64,000 nucleotides of DNA from a virus (taxonomy: Duplodnaviria > Caudoviricetes), in IMG/VR virus record IMGVR_UViG_3300024232_000009, positions 1 through 64,000 of that record, one strand, 5' to 3'. The notes under the pieces are model-generated. The model searched no databases and was not told the origin of the DNA. It was given only the letters and a program-made list of their open reading frames with translations. Below are positions 43,337-50,697 of the stretch, in pieces. The first letter of the stretch is position 1. Each line of letters opens with the position of its first letter. The position numbers and the translations under genes are program-made.

Positions 43337-43758
43337 CAGTCATCCCGTTCGGCCGCGCGCCACACGCCCATGGCGACGTTGCGCAGCAGCGCGTCGATGT
43401 CGATGAAGTCGTGTTCCGGCTTCGGCGTGTCATAGCGCGAAGTGAACATGATCTGCACGGTATGACCGCTGCGAGGCTTATTCCACTCGGTCGGCGCCCA
43501 GTGTGCATCGAAGATCGGCCGCAGCCAGCGTTCGAGTTCCAGCCACCCACCAACGCGCCACATGCGTAGGCTGGGGACGCCGTCCGGCCACGCCTTCGCC
43601 GCCTCTCTGACTGCCTCACACAGTTCGAACAAACCGTTTGGCTGTCCGTACGGGTGCTGGCGCACTGCCCACATGGCGATCTGCCCCACCACCTCACTGT
43701 CGGTGATCAGGCGCGGCTTTCCGGTGTCGTCGACAGCCAGGGTGATCGTGTCGCTCAT
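43336..43758 (-). CDS. Hypothetical protein (140 aa)
   Basis: Start MSDTITL at the ATGA overlap. Confidence 0.65.
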   Translation of the reverse strand: MSDTITLAVDDTGKPRLITDSEVVGQIAMWAVRQHPYGQPNGLFELCEAVREAAKAWPDGVPSLRMWRVGGWLELERWLRPIFDAHWAPTEWNKPRSGHTVQIMFTSRYDTPKPEHDFIDIDALLRNVAMGVWRAAERDD

Positions 43759-43952
43759 GATGGCTTGCGTCCTTCCTCGTATTCCTCGCGGCGGTCCATC
43801 GAATGATGAACCAGAATGCCGTCCTTCATGGTCGGCTTGCACCAGCACGCGGGGTTGTCACCCTCGTGATCGCGCAGATCGTCCATCGGATACACCGCCG
43901 GCGGTCGCCCATTCCATGGACCGTCAGCGCGCCAACGCGACGTCGTGTTCAC
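43755..43952 (-). CDS. Small Cys/His protein (H..CWCKP...VHH)
   Basis: GTGA-coupled start at 43952; probable metal-binding motif. Confidence 0.6.
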   Translation of the reverse strand: MNTTSRWRADGPWNGRPPAVYPMDDLRDHEGDNPACWCKPTMKDGILVHHSMDRREEYEEGRKPS

Positions 43953-44140
43953 GCCGGCCTCGTCGGCACATGCACTACCCGCCGCGTCCACCCGGGCTGG
44001 GTGTGCCAGATCGGCCGCGTGCGCAAGCTGTCCATCCGCTGGAGCGCGCGCACCCGCATCGCCGGCGTCCACCTATCGGTCTGGCACCACAAAACCTGCG
44101 GCGTTTGGGTGGTGATGACGGTGGCGTGGCGCGGCAGCAT
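43949..44140 (-). CDS. Hypothetical protein (63 aa)
   Basis: TGATG start and GTGA end fill the gap in the chain exactly. Confidence 0.5.
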   Translation of the reverse strand: MLPRHATVITTQTPQVLWCQTDRWTPAMRVRALQRMDSLRTRPIWHTQPGWTRRVVHVPTRPA

Positions 44141-44433
44141 CACTTCGGCCTCGCAGGTTGATCCGGGGCCAGCATCAGCGCCTTCAGCCGGTCGATCAGC
44201 CAATTCGTCTGCGCCATGGTCATGCCGCTGTCGAGCAGCACCAGACCACCGGCCTCGGTCTCGGAAAGCACCACGCAATGCGGTAGGTTCATCTTCGCCG
44301 CGGCACCGAGGACTTCATCTACCGAATGGAACGAAGTCGGGATGCGTAAGAGTTGCGGCGGCTTCGGAGACGCCGCGCCTTTCGGCATTTCTACCTTCAA
44401 ATCGGACCGAGGGATCACGTCCGTTTCTTTCAT
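44140..44433 (-). CDS. Hypothetical protein (97 aa)
   Basis: ATGA-coupled start MKETDV. Confidence 0.65.
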   Translation of the reverse strand: MKETDVIPRSDLKVEMPKGAASPKPPQLLRIPTSFHSVDEVLGAAAKMNLPHCVVLSETEAGGLVLLDSGMTMAQTNWLIDRLKALMLAPDQPARPK

Positions 44434-44795
44434 GCCAGCGCCTTCCGCGCAATCTGATCGATGAGCGACAGCGCGGTCCATGGTCGGTCCTGTCGCACGC
44501 CGGTCACCTCACGGATCGCGCGCAAGGCTGCCTCGTGTCCGATATCAGAAGCCTTCCTGTTCCGGGCGCTCGGGATCGCCAGGAACAGCACGCACTCGCC
44601 CGCCTCCGTGCAGTGCGGTTCGTTCTGGCAGTAGGACATGCTGCGCATGTGGCATTCCAGACCGCTGTGCGCGGGCGGCGGCGTCCGGACAGGAGCGTCA
44701 GGGAAGTCCGTGTATTCCGGCCGAGACAGAACTTCATGCGCCTTCGCAATCACCTTGGCCGGGTCCGAGGGCGGCATCGGCAGGATGTCCATCAC
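44430..44795 (-). CDS. Hypothetical Cys-containing protein (121 aa)
   Basis: CH...YCQNEPHC...C cluster; coupled on both sides. Confidence 0.6.
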   Translation of the reverse strand: MMDILPMPPSDPAKVIAKAHEVLSRPEYTDFPDAPVRTPPPAHSGLECHMRSMSYCQNEPHCTEAGECVLFLAIPSARNRKASDIGHEAALRAIREVTGVRQDRPWTALSLIDQIARKALA

Positions 44796-45091
44796 ACGTC
44801 CCCCGTCGGCAGTTCGTTCGGCACCACCTTCTCGACCTCGGACGACAGCGCGATCGCCCCGATCTGCTCCATCAGCCGCCCATGCGTGTCGGCCATCGCC
44901 GTGCGCAACCGGCCATACGCCTGCTCGACCGCCACCAGCCGGTCAACGTCCTTCTGGGTGACCTCGCGCTTATCGTCGATCGCCACGTCATACATTGTCA
45001 GAGGCATGTTGCTTCGATCCTTTGGCCAACCGCAAAACCGACACGCCCCGCGCTCATAGATACACCACGAAACGCACGGTTCTGGCCGCAT
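44792..45091 (-). CDS. Hypothetical protein (99 aa)
   Basis: Coupled chain; N-terminal C..C...C..C. Confidence 0.55.
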   Translation of the reverse strand: MRPEPCVSWCIYERGACRFCGWPKDRSNMPLTMYDVAIDDKREVTQKDVDRLVAVEQAYGRLRTAMADTHGRLMEQIGAIALSSEVEKVVPNELPTGDV

Positions 45092-45273
45092 TAGCTCATT
45101 TTTTGGGTCTGGCTGGGCTTTCCATACCGGGTCTTCATATCCACCTGCGGCACCTTCGCCGGCGGCATCTGTTTGGCGGTCTTGTTCACGCCCGAGCCCT
45201 TGATCTTGCCCTGCGGCTTCTCGGCCTTGTGCTTGCCGCCCGCCGCCTTCATTGCCTTAACTGGCGCCTTCAT
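45091..45273 (-). CDS. Small Lys-rich basic protein (60 aa)
   Basis: Coupled chain; about 25% Lys, no aromatic core. Confidence 0.6.
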   Translation of the reverse strand: MKAPVKAMKAAGGKHKAEKPQGKIKGSGVNKTAKQMPPAKVPQVDMKTRYGKPSQTQKMS

Positions 45274-45536
45274 CGGTTTGCTCCGTCGTTGGTTGGTCGT
45301 TTCAGGTAGTGGCCGCGGTCGATGTAGCCCGTGGACCCAGCCAGGTTCGTCGCGGCTGACCTGATCTGTTCAGCCGTCCACGGCCCAACGGAGGCGACGT
45401 GCGAGTTGTCGCAGTAAACGCACCACCATTCCTCGCCGGTCTCCGGGTGCTTTCCCTTTAGCCCGGCCATGCCGCCAATCTCGGTCGGCTCGTAGCCGTA
45501 TTCCGGGTTGGCCCGAATGATGTCGTCGGCTGTCAT
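45270..45536 (-). CDS. Hypothetical protein (88 aa)
   Basis: ATGA coupling on both sides. Confidence 0.65.
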   Translation of the reverse strand: MTADDIIRANPEYGYEPTEIGGMAGLKGKHPETGEEWWCVYCDNSHVASVGPWTAEQIRSAATNLAGSTGYIDRGHYLKRPTNDGANR

Positions 45537-45715
45537 GACGCCCCCATAGCTTCAACCTTACCCGCAAGCATTTCTTGCCCCAGGTGGATAAGAAAGCGGC
45601 CGAGGATTTCCGGCGGGCAGTCTTTCCGATCAATCACCGCGATCTGATCGAACGACTGGCCGCCGTCCGCCACCACGAAACTCAGTGTGATCGCGTACTG
45701 GGTTCCGTCGATCAC
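45533..45715 (-). CDS. Hypothetical protein (60 aa)
   Basis: Coupled chain. Confidence 0.55.
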   Translation of the reverse strand: MIDGTQYAITLSFVVADGGQSFDQIAVIDRKDCPPEILGRFLIHLGQEMLAGKVEAMGAS

Positions 45716-45897
45716 CTGCGCTGTCCCATAGACCCTTCACCCGACGACGCCGACAGCCGCGGCTTACCGTCCCTGGTGAAGTTCCGGTCCTTCGCCCCGT
45801 CCTTCGGCGTGACGTTGTGCGGCGGGCCCTTCTTCTTCTTGCCCTTCGCGGGCAGGACCGGCGTCAGTGTACTGTTCTTCATGGTGTGACCCTTCAC
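45712..45897 (-). CDS. Small basic protein (61 aa)
   Basis: Coupled chain; KGKKKKGP. Confidence 0.55.
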   Translation of the reverse strand: MKGHTMKNSTLTPVLPAKGKKKKGPPHNVTPKDGAKDRNFTRDGKPRLSASSGEGSMGQRR

Positions 45898-46424
45898 AGT
45901 TCGATTTCCCGCGCGACGATCTTCGGTGCCTCAACCTCGCGGATTTGGTCAAGGTCAAGTTCACGCTTGCCGGGTGGCGGCGGTTCAGCGGGCACGGCCT
46001 CGGCCTGGGTAGGCGCCACCTCCAAGCCCTGGTAGCCCGGCTGCTGCCACGGCTGAAGAACGGATTGGCCAAGCCCCTGGTCAATCCCCTGACCAAGGTA
46101 CTGCTGGATCGCCAGCGCCTGCAGGTAAGCCTGCTGCTGTTGCTCGGCATTATAGCGTTGTGCAACGCCCATCCACTGAGGCGTGCTTGGCGTGGTGATC
46201 GTGCCACCGCCCACCAACACCGAACCAATCGCACCACCAGCGATAGACCACGGCATGCCGTTATTCCTTCCTCGTGGTGGAGACTGCGACCCCATTATCG
46301 CCTGCCGGTTCCGCTCGGCGATTTCCGCCATGACAGCCCTGTCCTGCTTTCGGCAGGCTTCCTCCCAGCGTCGGTCATCCGCAGGCGTCGCGTTCAGTGG
46401 AGGGCCGCTACCGTATGCCATCAC
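45894..46424 (-). CDS. Gln/Gly/Pro-rich low-complexity protein (176 aa)
   Basis: Coupled chain; ends KRELDL...REIEL. Confidence 0.6.
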   Translation of the reverse strand: MMAYGSGPPLNATPADDRRWEEACRKQDRAVMAEIAERNRQAIMGSQSPPRGRNNGMPWSIAGGAIGSVLVGGGTITTPSTPQWMGVAQRYNAEQQQQAYLQALAIQQYLGQGIDQGLGQSVLQPWQQPGYQGLEVAPTQAEAVPAEPPPPGKRELDLDQIREVEAPKIVAREIEL

Positions 46425-46687
46425 TTCCTCTTTGGTTTCGTCACCTTCGCCGTGCCCTTGTTCGATTTCGTGATCCTCGCGACTTTCTTCACCTTGCCAC
46501 CCTTGGAATAGCCACCAAGCGCGTCAGGAGCGTTGTAGAACTGGCGCATTTCAGCGGTCATCTTGCTCGGCGGCTGAGACATCTGCTTTTGCTGCCCGTC
46601 TCGAAGAAATTTGCGCGCACGACTATCCGCCGCCCGGCTCTCGTTGGTATCTGACTCGATGTAGGCTGGCAGATCGTCTCTGGCCAT
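46421..46687 (-). CDS. Basic protein with KGGKV motif (88 aa)
   Basis: YSKGGKVKKV...NKGTAKVTKPKRK; paralogous to the adjacent gene. Confidence 0.7.
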   Translation of the reverse strand: MARDDLPAYIESDTNESRAADSRARKFLRDGQQKQMSQPPSKMTAEMRQFYNAPDALGGYSKGGKVKKVARITKSNKGTAKVTKPKRK

Positions 46688-47010
46688 TAGCGCTTACTCC
46701 CCTTCGGCATAGTCACTTTCGCCGTTCCTCGGTTTACCGCCGCCATCTTGCGATCGCCATACTTCTGCGCGGACGCCCGCTTGATGACGTGCTCTCCCTT
46801 CTGCGCCGCGATCAACCCGTCGTCGCGCCCGACCGGTTTGCCAGCGACCTTGGTCACCTTCCCGCCCTTCGCCTTCTGCGGCGGCTTCTCGGGTTCGCGT
46901 TTGTCGCCGCCCTTTTTCCCGCCAGAGGCGGCTTCCTCTACCTTCCGCGCAAACCCCTCCGCGAGCGTCTTTCGCGGGTCCCGTATCCCGAGAGTGTCGA
47001 ACAGCGCCAT
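46687..47010 (-). CDS. Basic protein with KGGKV...GEHVI motif (107 aa)
   Basis: KAKGGKVTKV...DGLIAAQKGEHVIKRASAQKYG...NRGTAKVTMPKGSKR. Confidence 0.7.
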   Translation of the reverse strand: MALFDTLGIRDPRKTLAEGFARKVEEAASGGKKGGDKREPEKPPQKAKGGKVTKVAGKPVGRDDGLIAAQKGEHVIKRASAQKYGDRKMAAVNRGTAKVTMPKGSKR

Positions 47011-47174
47011 CAGCGTTTTCCTTTCGGTTTGGTCTTCGCGGGACGATCGCGGACAACCGCGTTCGCGGCCATAGCGGCGCGCTTCGGCGATCCTGTCTGT
47101 TTCAGGACCGATTCCTCAATTGCATCCCACTGGCGCTTGCGAGCGGGCGTGTTGGCCTTCTTCGAACGTGGCAT
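47010..47174 (-). CDS. Small basic protein (54 aa)
   Basis: Start MPRSKK at the TGATG overlap. Confidence 0.65.
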   Translation of the reverse strand: MPRSKKANTPARKRQWDAIEESVLKQTGSPKRAAMAANAVVRDRPAKTKPKGKR

Positions 47175-48124
47175 CAGATCCCCTCCGGTCCCATGCGCCA
47201 CGGCTCGCACTCCCGGTGCTGGAACGGGTTGTGCGTCGGCTTCGGGGTATCAGGAACGGTCGGCGCGTTTGCCGCGGTGAACTGGGCCAGCCGCGTGTTC
47301 AGGTCGGCGATCGTCGCGTCGCGCGCGGCAATCTCGTCCCGCGCCTGCTTTCGACCGTCCAATCGGGCACAGCGTATGACCTCCGTTAGCCGCGCGTGCG
47401 CCATCGGGTCATCGCGCCGGCCCTCGCGATCCATCAGAACCTTCGCGACGAACTCGGGCGGATGCTGGGTCGGCGGCCCATTTGCCAGACGATCAACTTC
47501 GCCCTTCAGGTGGTCCCGCTCAGTCACCATCCTGGCGCACTGCGCGGACCATTCATCCCGATCGTGCGCCATGGTGTTGTAAGCCCTGCGCCACGTCTCA
47601 GCATCGGCGCGCGCCGCGTCCCGCTCCCGCACCAGATCGTCCGAGGGCGTGTGGGGCAGATACGACACCGCCCCCTGCATCGCGTCCTTCCACGCCGCCT
47701 CGTCGACGTCGATTGCCGACACGAAGAAAGGCGGCTTTGGCTCCAAGGCGACGGACACCGGCCCCTCGATAGCGCTCATCGCCTCCGTGACGCGATCAAT
47801 TTTGAAGTCATGGGTATGCCCAAGGTCCATCGCAGTCGCTGCCACAGTTGTCCCCTGCTTGACCGTGTAGCTGATCGGCTTGCGGAGGCGCTGCCCTGGT
47901 TGAAGCGGGGTCGTGCCGCCGTTCGTCTTCATCGCCGCAACCTGCTCGGGCGTCCACTGCTCGCCCTCGGCGAATTCGAAGTAGAGGATTTGCTCGGGCC
48001 ACAACCGACAATCAGCCGAGGCAACTATTGATAGGTCACCACGCTCTCGGTACAGGATGGTCTTATTCATGTAGGGTTTCGACACCCACCCGCTCGGTAG
48101 ATCAACCTCAGTTTCCCGTTCCAT
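47174..48124 (-). CDS. Hypothetical protein with coiled coil (316 aa)
   Basis: GGAGG ribosome site before ATG 48124; heptad region LVRERDAARADAETWRR. Confidence 0.7.
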   Translation of the reverse strand: MERETEVDLPSGWVSKPYMNKTILYRERGDLSIVASADCRLWPEQILYFEFAEGEQWTPEQVAAMKTNGGTTPLQPGQRLRKPISYTVKQGTTVAATAMDLGHTHDFKIDRVTEAMSAIEGPVSVALEPKPPFFVSAIDVDEAAWKDAMQGAVSYLPHTPSDDLVRERDAARADAETWRRAYNTMAHDRDEWSAQCARMVTERDHLKGEVDRLANGPPTQHPPEFVAKVLMDREGRRDDPMAHARLTEVIRCARLDGRKQARDEIAARDATIADLNTRLAQFTAANAPTVPDTPKPTHNPFQHRECEPWRMGPEGI

Positions 48125-48136
48125 CCTCACCTCCTG

Positions 48137-48217
48137 TCAACGCCCAAACAGCAGCCACTCAATCGTCCCTATCACTGCGGCCACGCCGATACCAAGCAGG
48201 ATCACGAACTCAGTCAC
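48137..48217 (-). CDS. 26-aa single-TM peptide
   Basis: GTG start overlapping the upstream gene end; MTEFVILLGIGVAAVIGTIEWLLFGR. Confidence 0.5.
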   Translation of the reverse strand: MTEFVILLGIGVAAVIGTIEWLLFGR

Positions 48218-48419
48218 GGCTCGCCCAACCAATCGCGTCGGCCAAGAACAGCGCTTCGCCATCGATCGAGGGATACGCCACTGTGCTGTAGCGGATCCCG
48301 AGGCGCTTCGCTTCCGCCGCCTTCGTCAGCGCCTCACGCATCTTTTGGCGCGGATCATTCCAATAGGCGATGATCTGGTCGACGCGACGGCGCTTTTCAT
48401 GGTCCGTCATATCCATCAC
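48210..48419 (-). CDS. Hypothetical protein (69 aa)
   Basis: Coupled chain. Confidence 0.6.
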   Translation of the reverse strand: MMDMTDHEKRRRVDQIIAYWNDPRQKMREALTKAAEAKRLGIRYSTVAYPSIDGEALFLADAIGWASRD

Positions 48420-48589
48420 GTCCTGAACTCCTCATCCGCCGGCACGTAGCTGAACGCCACATGCTTACCGTCCACCTTCCCGCACCCGTGGCACCGAAAC
48501 CCGATCCACACCACGCCGCGCGCGGTCACGGACACCACCTCGCCACGGTTCCAACGCAGCAGGTGCGCGAGACGGTGCAGCCAGGTCAT
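48416..48589 (-). CDS. Small Zn-ribbon-like protein (57 aa)
   Basis: ATGA-coupled; H...FRCHGCGKV. Confidence 0.6.
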   Translation of the reverse strand: MTWLHRLAHLLRWNRGEVVSVTARGVVWIGFRCHGCGKVDGKHVAFSYVPADEEFRT

Positions 48590-48735
48590 GGCATCCTCAA
48601 GACGGCTGCAATCGCCGCGCACGCCAAGGAGAGCATCGCAAACGGGATGGTCTGCCGAGGGTTGTAGAGCATCGCACCTAACCCGATCCCCATCAGAGCC
48701 GCCGCCGCGACCACGAACGTATAGCTTTCGCTCAT
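48586..48735 (-). CDS. 49-aa two-TM membrane peptide
   Basis: MSESYTFVVAAAALMGIGLGAMLYNPRQTIPFAMLSLACAAIAAVLRMP; ATGA coupling. Confidence 0.6.
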   Translation of the reverse strand: MSESYTFVVAAAALMGIGLGAMLYNPRQTIPFAMLSLACAAIAAVLRMP

Positions 48736-49055
48736 GGCTCGAACGGCACAGCGCGCCACTCCCGCTCGCCGCTGGTCCGGCAGAACCATTCCTGCTGGAG
48801 TTCCTGCCGGTCGCCAAGGTGCTTGTCGTTCCACATGATCGGGAACCCCTTCCACCGGAACATAGGCAACGGCTCCCACGTCTTACCCACCGACGGCGTC
48901 AATACGATCACGGACGGGTCAGGCGTGTCGGCCTGCAACCCGGCCATCTGCGTACGCTCCCATACGCACCGCTCGCAGTGGCCGCACGCGGAGCCCAGCG
49001 CATACGATCCCCGACACGTCGGCTTGGTGAAGGTCTCGAACGGCGGCCTGCTCAC
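48732..49055 (-). CDS. Hypothetical protein with Cys cluster (107 aa)
   Basis: C.G...LG.ACGHCERC...LQQ.W......EWR.VP. Confidence 0.65.
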   Translation of the reverse strand: MSRPPFETFTKPTCRGSYALGSACGHCERCVWERTQMAGLQADTPDPSVIVLTPSVGKTWEPLPMFRWKGFPIMWNDKHLGDRQELQQEWFCRTSGEREWRAVPFEP

Positions 49056-49321
49056 AACGCGCCCTCCCGGATGCGTGCCGCCCGCAACGGCGCATACTCC
49101 CAGAACCGCTTGTATCCACGGTCGGTCCAGACGACGTCAGCCGCCAGCACCTCGGCCCAAAACGGACTCCCCGGATAGTTCTCGCCGGCGATGACCGTGT
49201 CGCCGTCCTTTCGGTCCTTGCTCGGGTCGTCGGGCTTCTCCGGGTCCGGTATGCCCTCGACCAACCGAACGAACCCCTCGCCCAGGTTGACGACGTGGTA
49301 GCGCTTGCCGGCCTCGATCAT
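49052..49321 (-). CDS. Hypothetical protein (89 aa)
   Basis: Coupled chain. Confidence 0.65.
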   Translation of the reverse strand: MIEAGKRYHVVNLGEGFVRLVEGIPDPEKPDDPSKDRKDGDTVIAGENYPGSPFWAEVLAADVVWTDRGYKRFWEYAPLRAARIREGAL

Positions 49322-49734
49322 AGCTGCCCTTCCTGTTTAAGCTGCCTGACCCGCTGCACCGCGTTCTCGCTGGCCATTTGCAGGAGCGACGACATCGAGT
49401 TACCCAAAAACGTCAACATCGCCTGCGGCAGAACGTCCAGGATCGCGTCACGTATCGTTTGCTTCACCTTCGGATCCGCCAACAACTCGCCCATGACTGT
49501 CTTACACATGGCCACAGCCGTGCTTTCCGCCGCAGCGACGGCCGGACTGGCAATCTCCCGGGTATGATACCCTTCCTTGATCTGCCGACGGTCGAACAGC
49601 GCCTGCTTTACGGCGCGACGGACCAGCTCCGTCATCGCGTCCTCGTCACCGATCAACGACATCAGCGTGTCGTCCTTGAGTCGCTGAACGATCCGTTCCT
49701 CGAGGCTCATCGTCGCTGAATTCGTGCTGCTCAT
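49318..49734 (-). CDS. Hypothetical helical protein (138 aa)
   Basis: Coupled chain. Confidence 0.7.
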   Translation of the reverse strand: MSSTNSATMSLEERIVQRLKDDTLMSLIGDEDAMTELVRRAVKQALFDRRQIKEGYHTREIASPAVAAAESTAVAMCKTVMGELLADPKVKQTIRDAILDVLPQAMLTFLGNSMSSLLQMASENAVQRVRQLKQEGQL

Positions 49735-50114
49735 GCCTTCTTGCCCTTCCCTGGGTTGATCGCGCCGACCAAAAGCTTGCGTCGATACTCCCGCTCGGCA
49801 TCGGTCAGTGGTTTGGCCTCAACCGCACCAGTCAAAACGGGGCCTAATGGGGAGGCCGACACAACCGCTTCCAATGATGCCTTCGGAGCTGCGGCGCGAA
49901 GCACCTTCCCCACCTGCCGCGCCTTCGCCGCCAATTTGGTCGAGCCGCGCGAGGGTGGCACCGGTAGCGCCGTCTCGTTCGCCTCGGGCCGCCGCATCCG
50001 CATCCGCACCAGTTCAGCGAGGGTCAGACTGAGCGCCTTTGCCTGCGCTTCCCAATCGGCCAGCTCCTCGGGTGTTGTACGCACAATCAGTCGGCTCGTT
50101 CGCTTCTCTGCCAT
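49731..50114 (-). CDS. Ribbon-helix-helix (MobC-like) DNA-binding protein
   Basis: KRTSRLIVRTTPEELADWEAQAKALSLTLAELVR; start at 50114 with GAGGGG upstream. Confidence 0.6.
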   Translation of the reverse strand: MAEKRTSRLIVRTTPEELADWEAQAKALSLTLAELVRMRMRRPEANETALPVPPSRGSTKLAAKARQVGKVLRAAAPKASLEAVVSASPLGPVLTGAVEAKPLTDAEREYRRKLLVGAINPGKGKKA

Positions 50115-50190
50115 CGAATCCCCCTCGTGTGCGTACAGAGGCTGGCATATTCTGTGCGTACGTTCAATGCCGCGTACGCACAGATAGGCG

Positions 50191-50697
50191 TCACACCCTC
50201 CCGACGTGCCCCTTCGCGCGCTCGGCCCGCCACTTCTCGGCCATCGGGTCGGGGCCGGCCATCGCACCCATGGAGAAGCCAGGACGCGGCGCTGAAGGTG
50301 TCTTCGTGGTGAAGATGCCTTCCGGCTTGGCCGGCGCAACAACGACGGGAGGCGGCGCAACAGGCGCGGGCTTCGGTGCAACGGGTTCAGGCTTGGCGAT
50401 CGGGATCACGATGCGCAGCGACCGCGCCCGGTTCTGCACCGCCTTGTCGCTCGGCATCTCGGGCCCGGGCATTCGCCGCAGCAGCGGGCAATACTGGTGC
50501 GGCATCATGCGATCTTCGATGACAAAGTGCCGCAGCGCGGCCAACCTGTCGTCCGTCAGCCACCTGCCGCGCACGACAACCTTGTCGACTGCCTCGGCCA
50601 GCGCCGCGCGTTCGATCCCGCGTAATTCGTCCTCGGCAACGGCCAACGCCCGCTTGATCGCCGCGATCCTCGCACGTAGATGATCCCGGCGCGTCAC
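50191..50697 (-). CDS. GcrA-like HTH regulator
   Basis: WLTDDRLAALRHF...SDKAVQNRARSLRI resembles the GcrA N-terminal HTH. GTGA overlap with the terL stop. Confidence 0.45.
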   Translation of the reverse strand: MTRRDHLRARIAAIKRALAVAEDELRGIERAALAEAVDKVVVRGRWLTDDRLAALRHFVIEDRMMPHQYCPLLRRMPGPEMPSDKAVQNRARSLRIVIPIAKPEPVAPKPAPVAPPPVVVAPAKPEGIFTTKTPSAPRPGFSMGAMAGPDPMAEKWRAERAKGHVGRV

